Shown: positions 19,372 to 28,537 of the stretch, piece after piece
How the letters are laid out: the number at the start of each line of letters is the position of its first letter
Position numbering within the stretch: the first letter of the stretch is position 1
Source of the DNA: Candidatus Hydrogenedentota bacterium
Lineage (GTDB): Bacteria > Hydrogenedentota > Hydrogenedentia > Hydrogenedentales > GCA-2746185
DNA: 60,615 bases
Assembly: GCA_046583315.1 (NCBI GenBank)
Contig: JAYGCN010000127.1
Span: 1 to 60,615 of the forward strand
Direction of reading: 5' to 3'
Notes under the pieces: model-generated
The model's database searches: none
Seen by the model: only the letters and a program-made list of their open reading frames with translations
What the model was told of the DNA's origin: nothing
Translations under genes and position numbers: made by a program

Positions 19372-20535
19372 ATGATTATGATTGCGCGATGCTTTCTGGT
19401 TTTTACAATTCTAATTGGTAATGTTGCCTTTGCTGAGTCAGTCATTACCAAAGAAAAAGACATCATTGTTTATCGAAACGAGTCGTTTTACAGTGCATTT
19501 CCGTCCATTGTGCGCCGCGATTCGGGTGAGCTCATTGTCGCGTTTCGACGTGCGCCAGATCGGCGTGTCTTCGGCGAGGGTGGCTCGAATCATACCGACC
19601 CGAACAGCTACCTCGTGCTCGTGCGGTCCCAAGATAATGGCGAAACCTGGACGACCGAGTCGGAACTCATCCTGGCGCATCCCTTCGGTGGATCGCAGGA
19701 CCCCTGCATGACGCAACTCAACGACGGCGCCATCGTATGCAGCAGCTACGGCTGGGCGCGCGTGAGTGATAAAGCAAAAGTAAAATTTCCCGACTCCCTG
19801 CGTCACGATAATTTCGTGTTCATGGGCGGCTACATGGTGCGCTCGGAGGATGGCGGAAAAACGTGGGGCGATCTCATCGTTCCACCACCCGTGCCCGGCA
19901 GCGTCACTGACAATGTGTTCGGCGATCCGGCCCCCGCTTACAACCGTGGCGCCATGGTACAAGGTGAAAATGGTCGTCTGTATTGGGCCGTGGCATCGCA
20001 ACCGAAACTCGCGCCGCGTCGCGCCGAGACTCATCTCATGATCTCGGACGACGGCGGGAAGACCTGGGAGTATTCATGCCCCATCGCGTCGGACGAGAAG
20101 GCCAGCTTCAACGAGACTTCCTTAACCATCACACCCAAGGGCGACATTGTTGCATTCATGCGCACGGCGGACTTTGGCGATCTGACGGTTGTCGCCCGTT
20201 CGACCGACGACGGCAAATCCTTCGAGCCCTGGGAAGCTGCGGGCTGGCAAGGTCATCCCCATTACGCATTGCGCCTGCCGGACGAGCGTGTATTGCTCAT
20301 CTACGGCTATCGCCACGAGCCCTTCGGCATTCGTGCACGCGTGCTCAACGCCGAATGCACGGACTTCAAGACGGCGCCCGAGATGATATTACGTGACGAT
20401 GGAACGGGTAGCGACCTCGGTTATCCCTGGGCGACCATGACAGCCGACGGGAAAATTCTCGTCACCTACTATTTCCACGACGACACGGGAAACCGCCATA
20501 TTGCGGGCACGTTCCTGAACATCAGTAGCGACTAA
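19372..20535 (+). CDS. Secreted BNR-repeat sialidase-like protein
   Basis: Asp-boxes SQDNGETW, SEDGGKTW, SDDGGKTW, STDDGKSF; DLGYP; signal peptide. Confidence 0.8.
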   Translation: MIMIARCFLVFTILIGNVAFAESVITKEKDIIVYRNESFYSAFPSIVRRDSGELIVAFRRAPDRRVFGEGGSNHTDPNSYLVLVRSQDNGETWTTESELILAHPFGGSQDPCMTQLNDGAIVCSSYGWARVSDKAKVKFPDSLRHDNFVFMGGYMVRSEDGGKTWGDLIVPPPVPGSVTDNVFGDPAPAYNRGAMVQGENGRLYWAVASQPKLAPRRAETHLMISDDGGKTWEYSCPIASDEKASFNETSLTITPKGDIVAFMRTADFGDLTVVARSTDDGKSFEPWEAAGWQGHPHYALRLPDERVLLIYGYRHEPFGIRARVLNAECTDFKTAPEMILRDDGTGSDLGYPWATMTADGKILVTYYFHDDTGNRHIAGTFLNISSD

Positions 20536-20538
20536 GGG

Positions 20539-22659
20539 TTACTCGCCGGGACGATACTCGCGTTCCAGGTTCGCGCGAATATCTTTCTCTGTGAACCAGA
20601 CCGGTTTCATCGTGCGTGTGCGCATCAGCTCGATCTGGTCATCCCAATGCGGCGAACTTTCGTCTTCGACAGCCGTGCCATACTGATGCAGACTCTTCGA
20701 CGTAAGATTCCCATCTTTGTCCCAACGCACTATGGTCGTATAACCATCACCATGACGGCCTTTGGAGCGCGTTCCCTCTTCGATATACCGCGGGGAAACA
20801 CAATGCAGAATATCCGGCCCGCCGCCAACACCGATGTCCGTTTTACCCTTTTGGATTCGGTTGAACTGGTTCCAGGGAATGTCCAGACGCCCGTGCATTT
20901 CCTTGAACTTCTTGGCATTTTTGAGCAACGTATCCATTATCGAGTCGGGTTTACTGCGACTCTGATTGATGGTGGTAATGGCCAGCGCCGCACTCGTATT
21001 GTCTTCATGGGTGGAAAGGTCCCAGGCGCGAATAAGCTCTACCGCCTCCTTCAACAAGGGATCGTCGATTCCGGAAACAGCCAAAATCGCTTCTCGCGCC
21101 TTGGCGGCGTCAGATTCTTTCGAATAATAAAGGTCAAATTTGTACGCTTCGAATTCTTCCCACGTAATCGACTCGTCCGCTTCAAACAATTCCAACGCAC
21201 GACGCGTACGGTTCGTGACGCGCGTTTCGATACCATGCGTCACCGAATAGTCTTCGCGATTCGGAGATTCGCCACCAAAGGTCATCATGAAGGGGTCTGA
21301 GTTGTTGTTCTGAATAAAACCATTCTTCGGGTTGAACACCTGCGGCAATTCGTCCAGCGTCAAATACGTATCCCACATCGTCTCGGAGGTATCACCCGGC
21401 AAATACTGGCGGTAGTCATAACCCTCGGTCCGATGCGGCAACATCGCGTTGTACAAGGACCAGATATTGCCCTCTTTGTCGGCGTATATCGTATTGAACG
21501 AGTGAATCGCGCGCATCTCCATCGCCGCCTTGAACTCTTTGTAGTCGGTCGCCTTGTTCATGCGGTACCACTGCTCCGAGGAGCGGATATCGCCCCAGCC
21601 CGCATAGCGAATCGCGTACACGCCGTGGTTCGATTTAATCACCGGGCCATGAACAGACTGGTACAACTTGCGACGCACAGGCATGGACATCTTCTCTGTG
21701 ACCTTCACGCGCAACGTGGTCTCGCTCACTTTCAGATCGAGCCATTTCCCGTCGTAGCGATACTGGTTTTCATCGTCCGGGTTCATCTCCAACACGTAGA
21801 TATCCACGAGGTCCGGCGCGTTCACCGTGTGCGTCCAGCCCAGGTTCTCGTTGTGGCCCAGCGTAATTACCGGCGATCCTGCGAAGAGTCCACCCGTCAT
21901 GTTCCAGCCTTCTTCACTGTGCAGATGCACTTCGTACCACGTCGTCTGGCCTTCCCAAGAGAGGTGCGGATTTGCCAGCAGATACGTACTGCCATCGGAT
22001 GAACGACGTGGCGAGACAACCGTTCCGTTCGAGCCCATTTCAACCCCGCCGGAAACGGATTCGTGCGCGAGAATGATGGCTTTAAAAGGATCAATCGTTC
22101 CCAGCGAAGCCGTAGTCGTGTTTTTCTGCGATACCTCACGTCGGCGTTCTTTCCCAAACAATTCCCGCACCGCACCATCGAGTCCCACAAAAAACGGCGC
22201 GCGGAAGACGAATCCACCCGCAATATCTTTGCCGGTTACCGGAAGCAAATCCTCGCGCAACAATTTATCCGGATACTTCGCACCGTAATCGTTCACGCCC
22301 TGCGCAAAACCTTCGAGCACACCACGCAGTTCCGGGCTCAGGTCGGATTCGTATTTTTCATCAACAAAGCCTTTGACGTTAAGCATCGCGACGATATAGT
22401 CGGTCGTGGCACCCGATTGACCCGAGTACAAGCCCATCATGCCGCGTGAGGTCATCAGGGATTCCTGCAGGACCACAAAACTGTCCTCGCATTGCGCCCA
22501 CGCGAGACCATATCCCACATCCGCGTCCGTCTTGCCATAAATATGCGGAACCCCCCAGGTATCCCGCAGAATTTTCACGTCATACTTTTTCGCCGCCATC
22601 GCTGGCAGGGTAATACCAATAATCAGGAAAGCTGTAATCGCGTTGCGCAGGTGCTGCAT
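20539..22659 (-). CDS. Penicillin acylase family Ntn-hydrolase
   Basis: RDTWGVPHIYG, beta-chain start SNG, LLANPHL, WTHTVN; signal peptide; ORF open to 22686. Confidence 0.9.
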   Translation of the reverse strand: MQHLRNAITAFLIIGITLPAMAAKKYDVKILRDTWGVPHIYGKTDADVGYGLAWAQCEDSFVVLQESLMTSRGMMGLYSGQSGATTDYIVAMLNVKGFVDEKYESDLSPELRGVLEGFAQGVNDYGAKYPDKLLREDLLPVTGKDIAGGFVFRAPFFVGLDGAVRELFGKERRREVSQKNTTTASLGTIDPFKAIILAHESVSGGVEMGSNGTVVSPRRSSDGSTYLLANPHLSWEGQTTWYEVHLHSEEGWNMTGGLFAGSPVITLGHNENLGWTHTVNAPDLVDIYVLEMNPDDENQYRYDGKWLDLKVSETTLRVKVTEKMSMPVRRKLYQSVHGPVIKSNHGVYAIRYAGWGDIRSSEQWYRMNKATDYKEFKAAMEMRAIHSFNTIYADKEGNIWSLYNAMLPHRTEGYDYRQYLPGDTSETMWDTYLTLDELPQVFNPKNGFIQNNNSDPFMMTFGGESPNREDYSVTHGIETRVTNRTRRALELFEADESITWEEFEAYKFDLYYSKESDAAKAREAILAVSGIDDPLLKEAVELIRAWDLSTHEDNTSAALAITTINQSRSKPDSIMDTLLKNAKKFKEMHGRLDIPWNQFNRIQKGKTDIGVGGGPDILHCVSPRYIEEGTRSKGRHGDGYTTIVRWDKDGNLTSKSLHQYGTAVEDESSPHWDDQIELMRTRTMKPVWFTEKDIRANLEREYRPGE

Positions 22660-22695
22660 GGGGCAAATCTCCAATGGGTCAGTCACAAAGGAGTC

Positions 22696-22724
22696 ACTCT
22701 ACACGACGGGGGTGGGACGGTCAA
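22696..22724 (-). promoter_or_regulatory. Putative sigma70 promoter of the acylase
   Basis: TTGACC-17 nt-TAGAGT on the minus strand. Confidence 0.5.
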
Positions 22725-22755
22725 CGTATCCCCCCAATGGTATCGACCCAAGCGT

Positions 22756-22771
22756 TGCAAACGCCATGCCA
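22756..22771 (-). promoter_or_regulatory. Putative sigma54 promoter
   Basis: Minus strand TGGCAT-GGCGT-TTGCA (GG-N10-GC). Confidence 0.6.
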
Positions 22772-22881
22772 GTGCTCGGGTTGTGCGGACACATCTGCGA
22801 AACAATAGGTCTTGTATCGCGACGGTATTGTTTGCAACGGTTTGGAAAGGCTAATTATTGACGAAAATCAATATTCGACAT

Positions 22882-23172
22882 TCATGACAAATCAGACTTT
22901 CGCTTCACACGGCGATACACATCCGGCCCAAGCAGTGCCACCGTTGCCGCGCCGATGGGTGCAACAAGCATCAAGGGGGAATAGAAGATTGATGGGCCGG
23001 TCTCGGTCCATTCTTCGGAAAAGCTGTAGCCCCCAGTTGTCCGATAAATCAGCATCAGCTGTAAGGCATACATTGAGCCAAATACGAGTCCTGCCAACAC
23101 GAATCGTGATGAAAAGTGAACGATGCGATTTAGACGTGGGTGATCTTTGGCGTAATCGGTGTAATATTTCAC
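22882..23172 (-). CDS. Small two-TM hypothetical protein (paralogue 3)
   Basis: GTG start 1 nt after the upstream stop; N-terminus aligns with the two neighbours. Confidence 0.7.
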   Translation of the reverse strand: MKYYTDYAKDHPRLNRIVHFSSRFVLAGLVFGSMYALQLMLIYRTTGGYSFSEEWTETGPSIFYSPLMLVAPIGAATVALLGPDVYRRVKRKSDLS

Positions 23173-23173
23173 G

Positions 23174-23563
23174 CTATTCTGCCTGCCCGTCCTCATTTTT
23201 CGCTTCTTCTACTTGCTTGACCTGCGGTTGCGCCACGGGTGTTTCGTCGTAGAACATGGTGGGGACGTTGTGGTTCTTGAAACGGTTGAGTTTGATGGAC
23301 TGGCGGCGTTTGTTATAGGCAAGAACGACGACGACGACGAAAATGGGGGGTATCCACATGGGGTTGAAGAGGGTAAGCGTCGGAAATGAATTGATCACAT
23401 GCGACGAAAACCGTACAGGGGGTATCCCAACAATCGCCATTATAATCCGTTGAACGAAGTTGACGACATAAAAAATGATGTAGCCAATCAGCAACGGCGA
23501 TATCCAGTGAATAATTTTGTCGAGTAGCGGAAAGTCCCGCTTAAAATTGATGTCCGGATCCAT
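23174..23563 (-). CDS. Small two-TM hypothetical protein (paralogue 2)
   Basis: CAGGAG RBS, ATG 23563; shared PxLxxIxH...Q motif. Confidence 0.7.
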   Translation of the reverse strand: MDPDINFKRDFPLLDKIIHWISPLLIGYIIFYVVNFVQRIIMAIVGIPPVRFSSHVINSFPTLTLFNPMWIPPIFVVVVVLAYNKRRQSIKLNRFKNHNVPTMFYDETPVAQPQVKQVEEAKNEDGQAE

Positions 23564-23632
23564 TACGATGATGCTCCTGTGTCGCTTCATGGTACTGATC
23601 GGGGTTGTCGGCTGTCTACCTTGTATCTTGGT

Positions 23633-23920
23633 TTATCGGCGACCCATCGTGGGAATTATTCGGCTGGTGATGCTCCGCTTTCTCCATTTCGAGATTAGAA
23701 GATGCGAGACCAATGCCACGAGTAAGCTCGTCAAGATGAGTAACCGATGTTCGGAATGTTGGGGCACACCGTCATCGGCGGTATAGGTATAGAACATGAA
23801 AAGTCGCTGCACCAGATAGCAGGTGAGAGAAGTAAACAATATGAAAAATCCATAGGGGATCTCGTGAATAATCCAGTCCAGGTAGGGGTATCTCTTTTTA
23901 TAGTCAATGTAGTAATTCAT
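23633..23920 (-). CDS. Small two-TM hypothetical protein (paralogue 1)
   Basis: GAGGGAG RBS; shared PxLxxIxH...Q motif. Confidence 0.7.
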   Translation of the reverse strand: MNYYIDYKKRYPYLDWIIHEIPYGFFILFTSLTCYLVQRLFMFYTYTADDGVPQHSEHRLLILTSLLVALVSHLLISKWRKRSITSRIIPTMGRR

Positions 23921-23997
23921 CATCTCCCTCATCATTACAAATGGAATTACACTTTTGATGGTAGAATATTCATACAAATCCAATCGGTCAAGGAGGA

Positions 23998-24351
23998 ATG
24001 CATATTATGTTGAGCGTAGGTATGGGGGCAGCATTCGCACAAGCACCCAGAAACTCTGGAACGTCGGGCTCGGTCGACAACGCCCTTCGCAGCAAGGTCA
24101 AAAGGCTGGAGAAGAAGTTGGCGCGGGTGGAATTGCGCAATCAGGTGTTGTGGGAGCTGGTGCGGGACAGCCTCAAGTTGACCGATGCGGATCTGAAGGC
24201 GCGCATGAAGGAAATTGACTTGCGCGATGGGGTGGAAGATGGTGCGATCACGACCGTGCCGTTGCGTTGTCCACAGTGCCAGCGGGTTTCGTCGTCGCAA
24301 CACTGGAAATGTATGTATTGCGGACTGGATTTCGAAGAAGGGGCTTACTGA
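23998..24351 (+). CDS. Hypothetical coiled-coil / zinc-ribbon protein
   Basis: AGGAGG RBS (true start perhaps 24007); coiled coil, EIDLRDGVEDG, CPQC...CMYCG. Confidence 0.75.
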   Translation: MHIMLSVGMGAAFAQAPRNSGTSGSVDNALRSKVKRLEKKLARVELRNQVLWELVRDSLKLTDADLKARMKEIDLRDGVEDGAITTVPLRCPQCQRVSSSQHWKCMYCGLDFEEGAY

Positions 24352-25625
24352 GTCATACCCTTGATTCGCTCATTAATCACCTTACGCTGCTGCGCATTCA
24401 TAGTGATGCCCGTTAATATCCGGTTGTACTCGAAGTTGGCCGCAGCGGGTTGTCCCGCCGCACGCAACGTGTCGGCATAGGCCAAGGCGTGGTTCCAGGT
24501 AAGCACTTTTATTTTACGAAACTGGGTCAGCGCGTCGTCGTGGTTGCCCAGTTGGCTCAAGGCCTTGCCGAAATAGTATCGGGACAGATCCGGGAAGGCT
24601 TCGGCATCCTGATCGTCAACGCGTGTGAATATTACAATGGCCGGTTGGAAAAGACCCGCCGAAACCATGACGTTCGCCCAGGTCAGCTGAGCCAGCGGCG
24701 TGGTTTGTGCGAGGCTTGAGCCAACACGCTCGTGCATCTGCGCGATGGTGCCCGTGAAGGCCCCGATTTCGATATATTGGGCTGCCGCATCGCCAAAATG
24801 CGCCAGGGCCTTGTCATCGTTTTTCAGCTCGGCAAAGGCCACACCTGCATAGGCCGACGTTTCGCCCCAGAGGTGCGCGTCTTTGGCAGCCGTTGTGGAG
24901 GAATTCTGCATGCGAATCTGATACAGGTTGAGCGCACGATTGTAGGAAGTGATCCCTTCATCAAGATCGCCGCCGCTGTGATAGATCTGCCCGCGCAATT
25001 GCCATAGTTCCGGCATGGTCGGGGCATATCGAAGGCCTTTGTTCACGGCATATTGGGCCGACTTGAGGTCCTGCATTACAAAATTTAACTGCGCTGTTGT
25101 GCGCTGCACCTGCGGGGTCACGGTCATGGAATTGTGATTCGCAATCTTCAGCGATTCCAGCCCGGCGGCCCGATCCCCCTCGGAAAGGGCCACAAGTGCG
25201 GCGAGGTAGTGATAACTCCAGAATTCCGGTGCAAGGGCCATGCCGCGTTCGATCATGCTCTTCGCCACAGCGGGATTTCCACTCTTGACCATCTGATGTC
25301 CGGTAGAAGTAAGACCGGCCCCATAATATGGCGCGTGTTTCAGTGTTTGGTCCAGCGCGTCGATGGCCGCACCGATTTCGCCCAGGTTCAAGTGGCTTGT
25401 CGCTTGCCCGTACAGCCAATGATGGTCGTAGGGAAAGTATTCATTGGCCCGTTCATAATACCAGGACGAATCCTTCCAGACTTGATTGGCCAGCGTGATG
25501 CGTCCGTTATGCGCGTAAACATGTCCGGCGAGCAATGCGGATGAAAAACTTAATTGAAAGGCCAGCACGAGCAGTAGAAGTCCCGCGACAATCATGCGCG
25601 TGGAAAGGGACAGGGTATAGCGCAT
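24345..25625 (-). CDS. Membrane-anchored tetratricopeptide-repeat protein
   Basis: N-terminal hydrophobic helix, repeated TPR-like helices; start overlaps the upstream stop. Confidence 0.75.
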   Translation of the reverse strand: MRYTLSLSTRMIVAGLLLLVLAFQLSFSSALLAGHVYAHNGRITLANQVWKDSSWYYERANEYFPYDHHWLYGQATSHLNLGEIGAAIDALDQTLKHAPYYGAGLTSTGHQMVKSGNPAVAKSMIERGMALAPEFWSYHYLAALVALSEGDRAAGLESLKIANHNSMTVTPQVQRTTAQLNFVMQDLKSAQYAVNKGLRYAPTMPELWQLRGQIYHSGGDLDEGITSYNRALNLYQIRMQNSSTTAAKDAHLWGETSAYAGVAFAELKNDDKALAHFGDAAAQYIEIGAFTGTIAQMHERVGSSLAQTTPLAQLTWANVMVSAGLFQPAIVIFTRVDDQDAEAFPDLSRYYFGKALSQLGNHDDALTQFRKIKVLTWNHALAYADTLRAAGQPAAANFEYNRILTGITMNAQQRKVINERIKGMTQ

Positions 25626-27085
25626 CAGTAGGAGTATCGACCGGTCAGCAATACGCCGATGGTCTTGAGAATGATCTTGATATCAAGCCACAGGGACCAG
25701 TTTTCAATGTAGTAGGTATCCCAATTGACGAGTTCTTCGAAATTATAATCGTGACCGCGATTCACCTGCCACAGACCCGTAATGCCCGGTGTGGTGGCGA
25801 GTTTCTGCTTGTGGTGCTCGTCGTATTTGAGAACCTCGCTGGGCAGCGGCGGCCGCGGTCCAACAAGACTCATCTCGCCCTTGATGACATTGAGAAATTG
25901 CGGCAGTTCATCAAGATTGGTGCGCCGGATAATTCGACCGATGCTCGTACACCGCGGGTCATCTTTCATTTTGAAAATGAGCCCATCTGAATCGGCTTCA
26001 TTGTGGTCCATGAGATCGCCCAGGCGTTCTTCGGCATCCACGTACATCGATCGGAATTTGTACATCATAAATGTGCGGCCGTTTTTGCCGACGCGTTCCT
26101 GGTTGAAGATGGCCGGGCCGGGACTCTCGCGTTTTATCAACAGCCCGATGACGAGCCAGATGGGAAAAGTAATCATCAACGCGAGGGAACACAGAATGAT
26201 GTCCTCCGTACGTTTCAACACGCGCGCCATGCCTTCGATGGCGATTTCATTGACTTGAATGACGGGTTGTCCCGCGAGTTCGTGGAGCTGACGTCCGTGG
26301 GTCAACACACCGAAAATATCGAGCGCGAGTTTAACGACGACATCGCGTTTGTGGCATTCGGCAACAAAGGAGACGAGATCCATGCCAAGCACGTCCTTGT
26401 CGGTCACGATAACTTCGTCGATATTGTGTTGGTTGATGACTTCGAGGATGCCTTCGGGCGATCCAAGGTAGTCGAAGTCCGGGATTTCGTCGAAGGCACC
26501 CTTGTCGTCGTCCGTTGCGATAAATCCTTTGACCGTGTAGCGCGAGCCCGTCATGAAGTTGAGTTCTTTGTTGAATACGGCGGCCTGTCTACCAGCGCCT
26601 TGAATGGCCACATTGCATTTTCCGATGCCGCGCTTGTAGAGTTCGTCGCGCACGAACAGCGCGATGGTGTGAACGACGGTGATCGCGAAGATGTTAATCA
26701 TCCAATCGTAAAGAGGCACCATGCGCGAGTAGGAGAACTCACTGTAATCGAACACGCCGCGGTACATGAAGGTAACGACGACGATGATGACCGAGCCGAG
26801 ACTGACGGCCTTGCACATGGCGAATAGACGGTGGGACAGGGTCTCGGATTGGGAATTTGAATCATAGGCCCCGAAGAGACTGTAGGTAAACACACGCACA
26901 AAGGGGGCGACAAAAATGATGGATGTGTAGGCCTTGAAATACGAATCGCTTCGGATGACTTCCAGGGAGAATTCCGACGGTTTAATCACCAGGATCAATG
27001 AAATCGCGAAGGCACCGACAGCAATCAGCATGTCGGTGATGATCAACGGTGTGATACGTGCAATATGGCTGTTGCGATTCCGCAC
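25625..27085 (-). CDS. Undecaprenyl-phosphate glycosyl-1-phosphate (priming) transferase, WcaJ/CpsE family
   Basis: N-terminal TMs; KFRSMY, DDPR, DELPQFLNVIKGEMSLVGPRP, PGITGLWQV, YIENWSLWLD. Confidence 0.92.
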   Translation of the reverse strand: MRNRNSHIARITPLIITDMLIAVGAFAISLILVIKPSEFSLEVIRSDSYFKAYTSIIFVAPFVRVFTYSLFGAYDSNSQSETLSHRLFAMCKAVSLGSVIIVVVTFMYRGVFDYSEFSYSRMVPLYDWMINIFAITVVHTIALFVRDELYKRGIGKCNVAIQGAGRQAAVFNKELNFMTGSRYTVKGFIATDDDKGAFDEIPDFDYLGSPEGILEVINQHNIDEVIVTDKDVLGMDLVSFVAECHKRDVVVKLALDIFGVLTHGRQLHELAGQPVIQVNEIAIEGMARVLKRTEDIILCSLALMITFPIWLVIGLLIKRESPGPAIFNQERVGKNGRTFMMYKFRSMYVDAEERLGDLMDHNEADSDGLIFKMKDDPRCTSIGRIIRRTNLDELPQFLNVIKGEMSLVGPRPPLPSEVLKYDEHHKQKLATTPGITGLWQVNRGHDYNFEELVNWDTYYIENWSLWLDIKIILKTIGVLLTGRYSY

Positions 27086-27224
27086 TGGTTTACATCCAAT
27101 TCCAAGAGAGGGCCAATGCCCTCAATAACTGCCTTCCCTGACCGAGTACTGTACAGGACTGACGTTGATTCATAAAGTAAATCATTGACTAATAGGAGCA
27201 ACCTGATAGCTATTTTAGCATATT

Positions 27225-28343
27225 TCAGGCCTGTTTATCAGATTCGGAGCCGTTACCCAGTTGCTTGCAAAGGTCTTCGTAGATATCGGTGACCCCCTCC
27301 CAGGTGTATTCGCTTTCGACGCGAATCCGCGCGTCGCGACGATAGGATTCAAGATCGACCGGGTTTTCGAGCATGTCCTTCAGCGTAGATTCCAAGGATT
27401 CCTGGTCTTGCTCGAAGCTTCGCCCGGTGTCTCCGATAACCTCTTCATTAAACGATACGTTCAGACACAGAATCGCGCACGATGCCGCCATGGCCTGAAG
27501 CAAGACCGGATTCGTACCTCCGACGCTGTGCCCGTGCAGGTAAAGCTGACAGTGTTGAAACAATGTCTCGAGTAGCTCGGCGTCGTAGATGCCGCCCAAA
27601 AACCAGATAAAGTCGCTCTCCTGCTCCTTCAACTCCCGAATATACTCGCTTTCATAGTTCGTGTCCCCCACAATGACCAGCCGCAGTTCGGTGTTGATCT
27701 CTTGATAGGCACGAATAATTTCGATCGTGCGATTCTCAGGCTCCAGCCGAGCCACCACCAGCAGATACTGTCCAGAATCTAGCCCCAACTCCTCCAATCG
27801 ATCACCGCTGGTCGGCTCCTGAATATCAGCACCATACGACGCATACACCGTCTCGCGATTCCAGTGCTCTTGATAATAATCCTGTATCCCGCGTGAGTCC
27901 GCAATCAACGCGGGCGCCAGCTTCGTGCTACACCATGCCCCGAAACGAATAAACTTCTGACCGTACTTCGGCCAACGACTGCGTTCCCAATCGAGCCCAT
28001 CCAGGTGCAACGCAAAAGGCGTCATACGCAGCCGCGGAATAATACACAACGGTCCATTCGCCGGGTTCATGATAATCAGCACGTCGTAGCGACAAAAGAA
28101 GGCATGAAGCAGCGCCACGAAGGTGTGCGTCAAGGTCTCCAACGATTTCTTCTTCACGCAGGGCACATAAATCTTCCGCATGCCCCGATAGGACTTCTCG
28201 GATCGATCACCGTTACCCGGTCGGCAATATACGGTGACCTGATGGCCGCGATCGGCGAGTCGTCGACCGATTTCTTCGGTAGCTGTTTCGAAGCCGCCGT
28301 AGAGTGCCGGTACGCCGCGACTTCCGATAAAGGCGATTTTCAT
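27225..28343 (-). CDS. GT4 glycosyltransferase with DUF1972 N-terminus (Cps2T/WchF-like)
   Basis: GSRGVPALYGGFET, DGLDWER, ARLEPEN, HGHSVGGTNPVLLQAM. Confidence 0.85.
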   Translation of the reverse strand: MKIAFIGSRGVPALYGGFETATEEIGRRLADRGHQVTVYCRPGNGDRSEKSYRGMRKIYVPCVKKKSLETLTHTFVALLHAFFCRYDVLIIMNPANGPLCIIPRLRMTPFALHLDGLDWERSRWPKYGQKFIRFGAWCSTKLAPALIADSRGIQDYYQEHWNRETVYASYGADIQEPTSGDRLEELGLDSGQYLLVVARLEPENRTIEIIRAYQEINTELRLVIVGDTNYESEYIRELKEQESDFIWFLGGIYDAELLETLFQHCQLYLHGHSVGGTNPVLLQAMAASCAILCLNVSFNEEVIGDTGRSFEQDQESLESTLKDMLENPVDLESYRRDARIRVESEYTWEGVTDIYEDLCKQLGNGSESDKQA

Positions 28344-28537
28344 AAACCCATGCATCCAAATTCGAGTCTGAAGAATCAAGAGTATAGCATAGCGAACATA
28401 GTGGGCCTAGCGGTCGTTGCCAGTGGTCACTTTCGCTACTTCGTGGCTCTATGTTATCATGTACGCTTTCGTCGCCACGAGAATCGGGCTTCATTCCACA
28501 CCTACAAACACCTATTTGAAAGAGTTGAAAAGGTTTC

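Noticed and set aside
27086..27224. Possible JUMPstart/ops element upstream of the priming transferase
   Set aside because: Minus-strand CAGTACTCGGT...GGCAGTTA only loosely resembles the consensus; the GGCGGTAG core is absent
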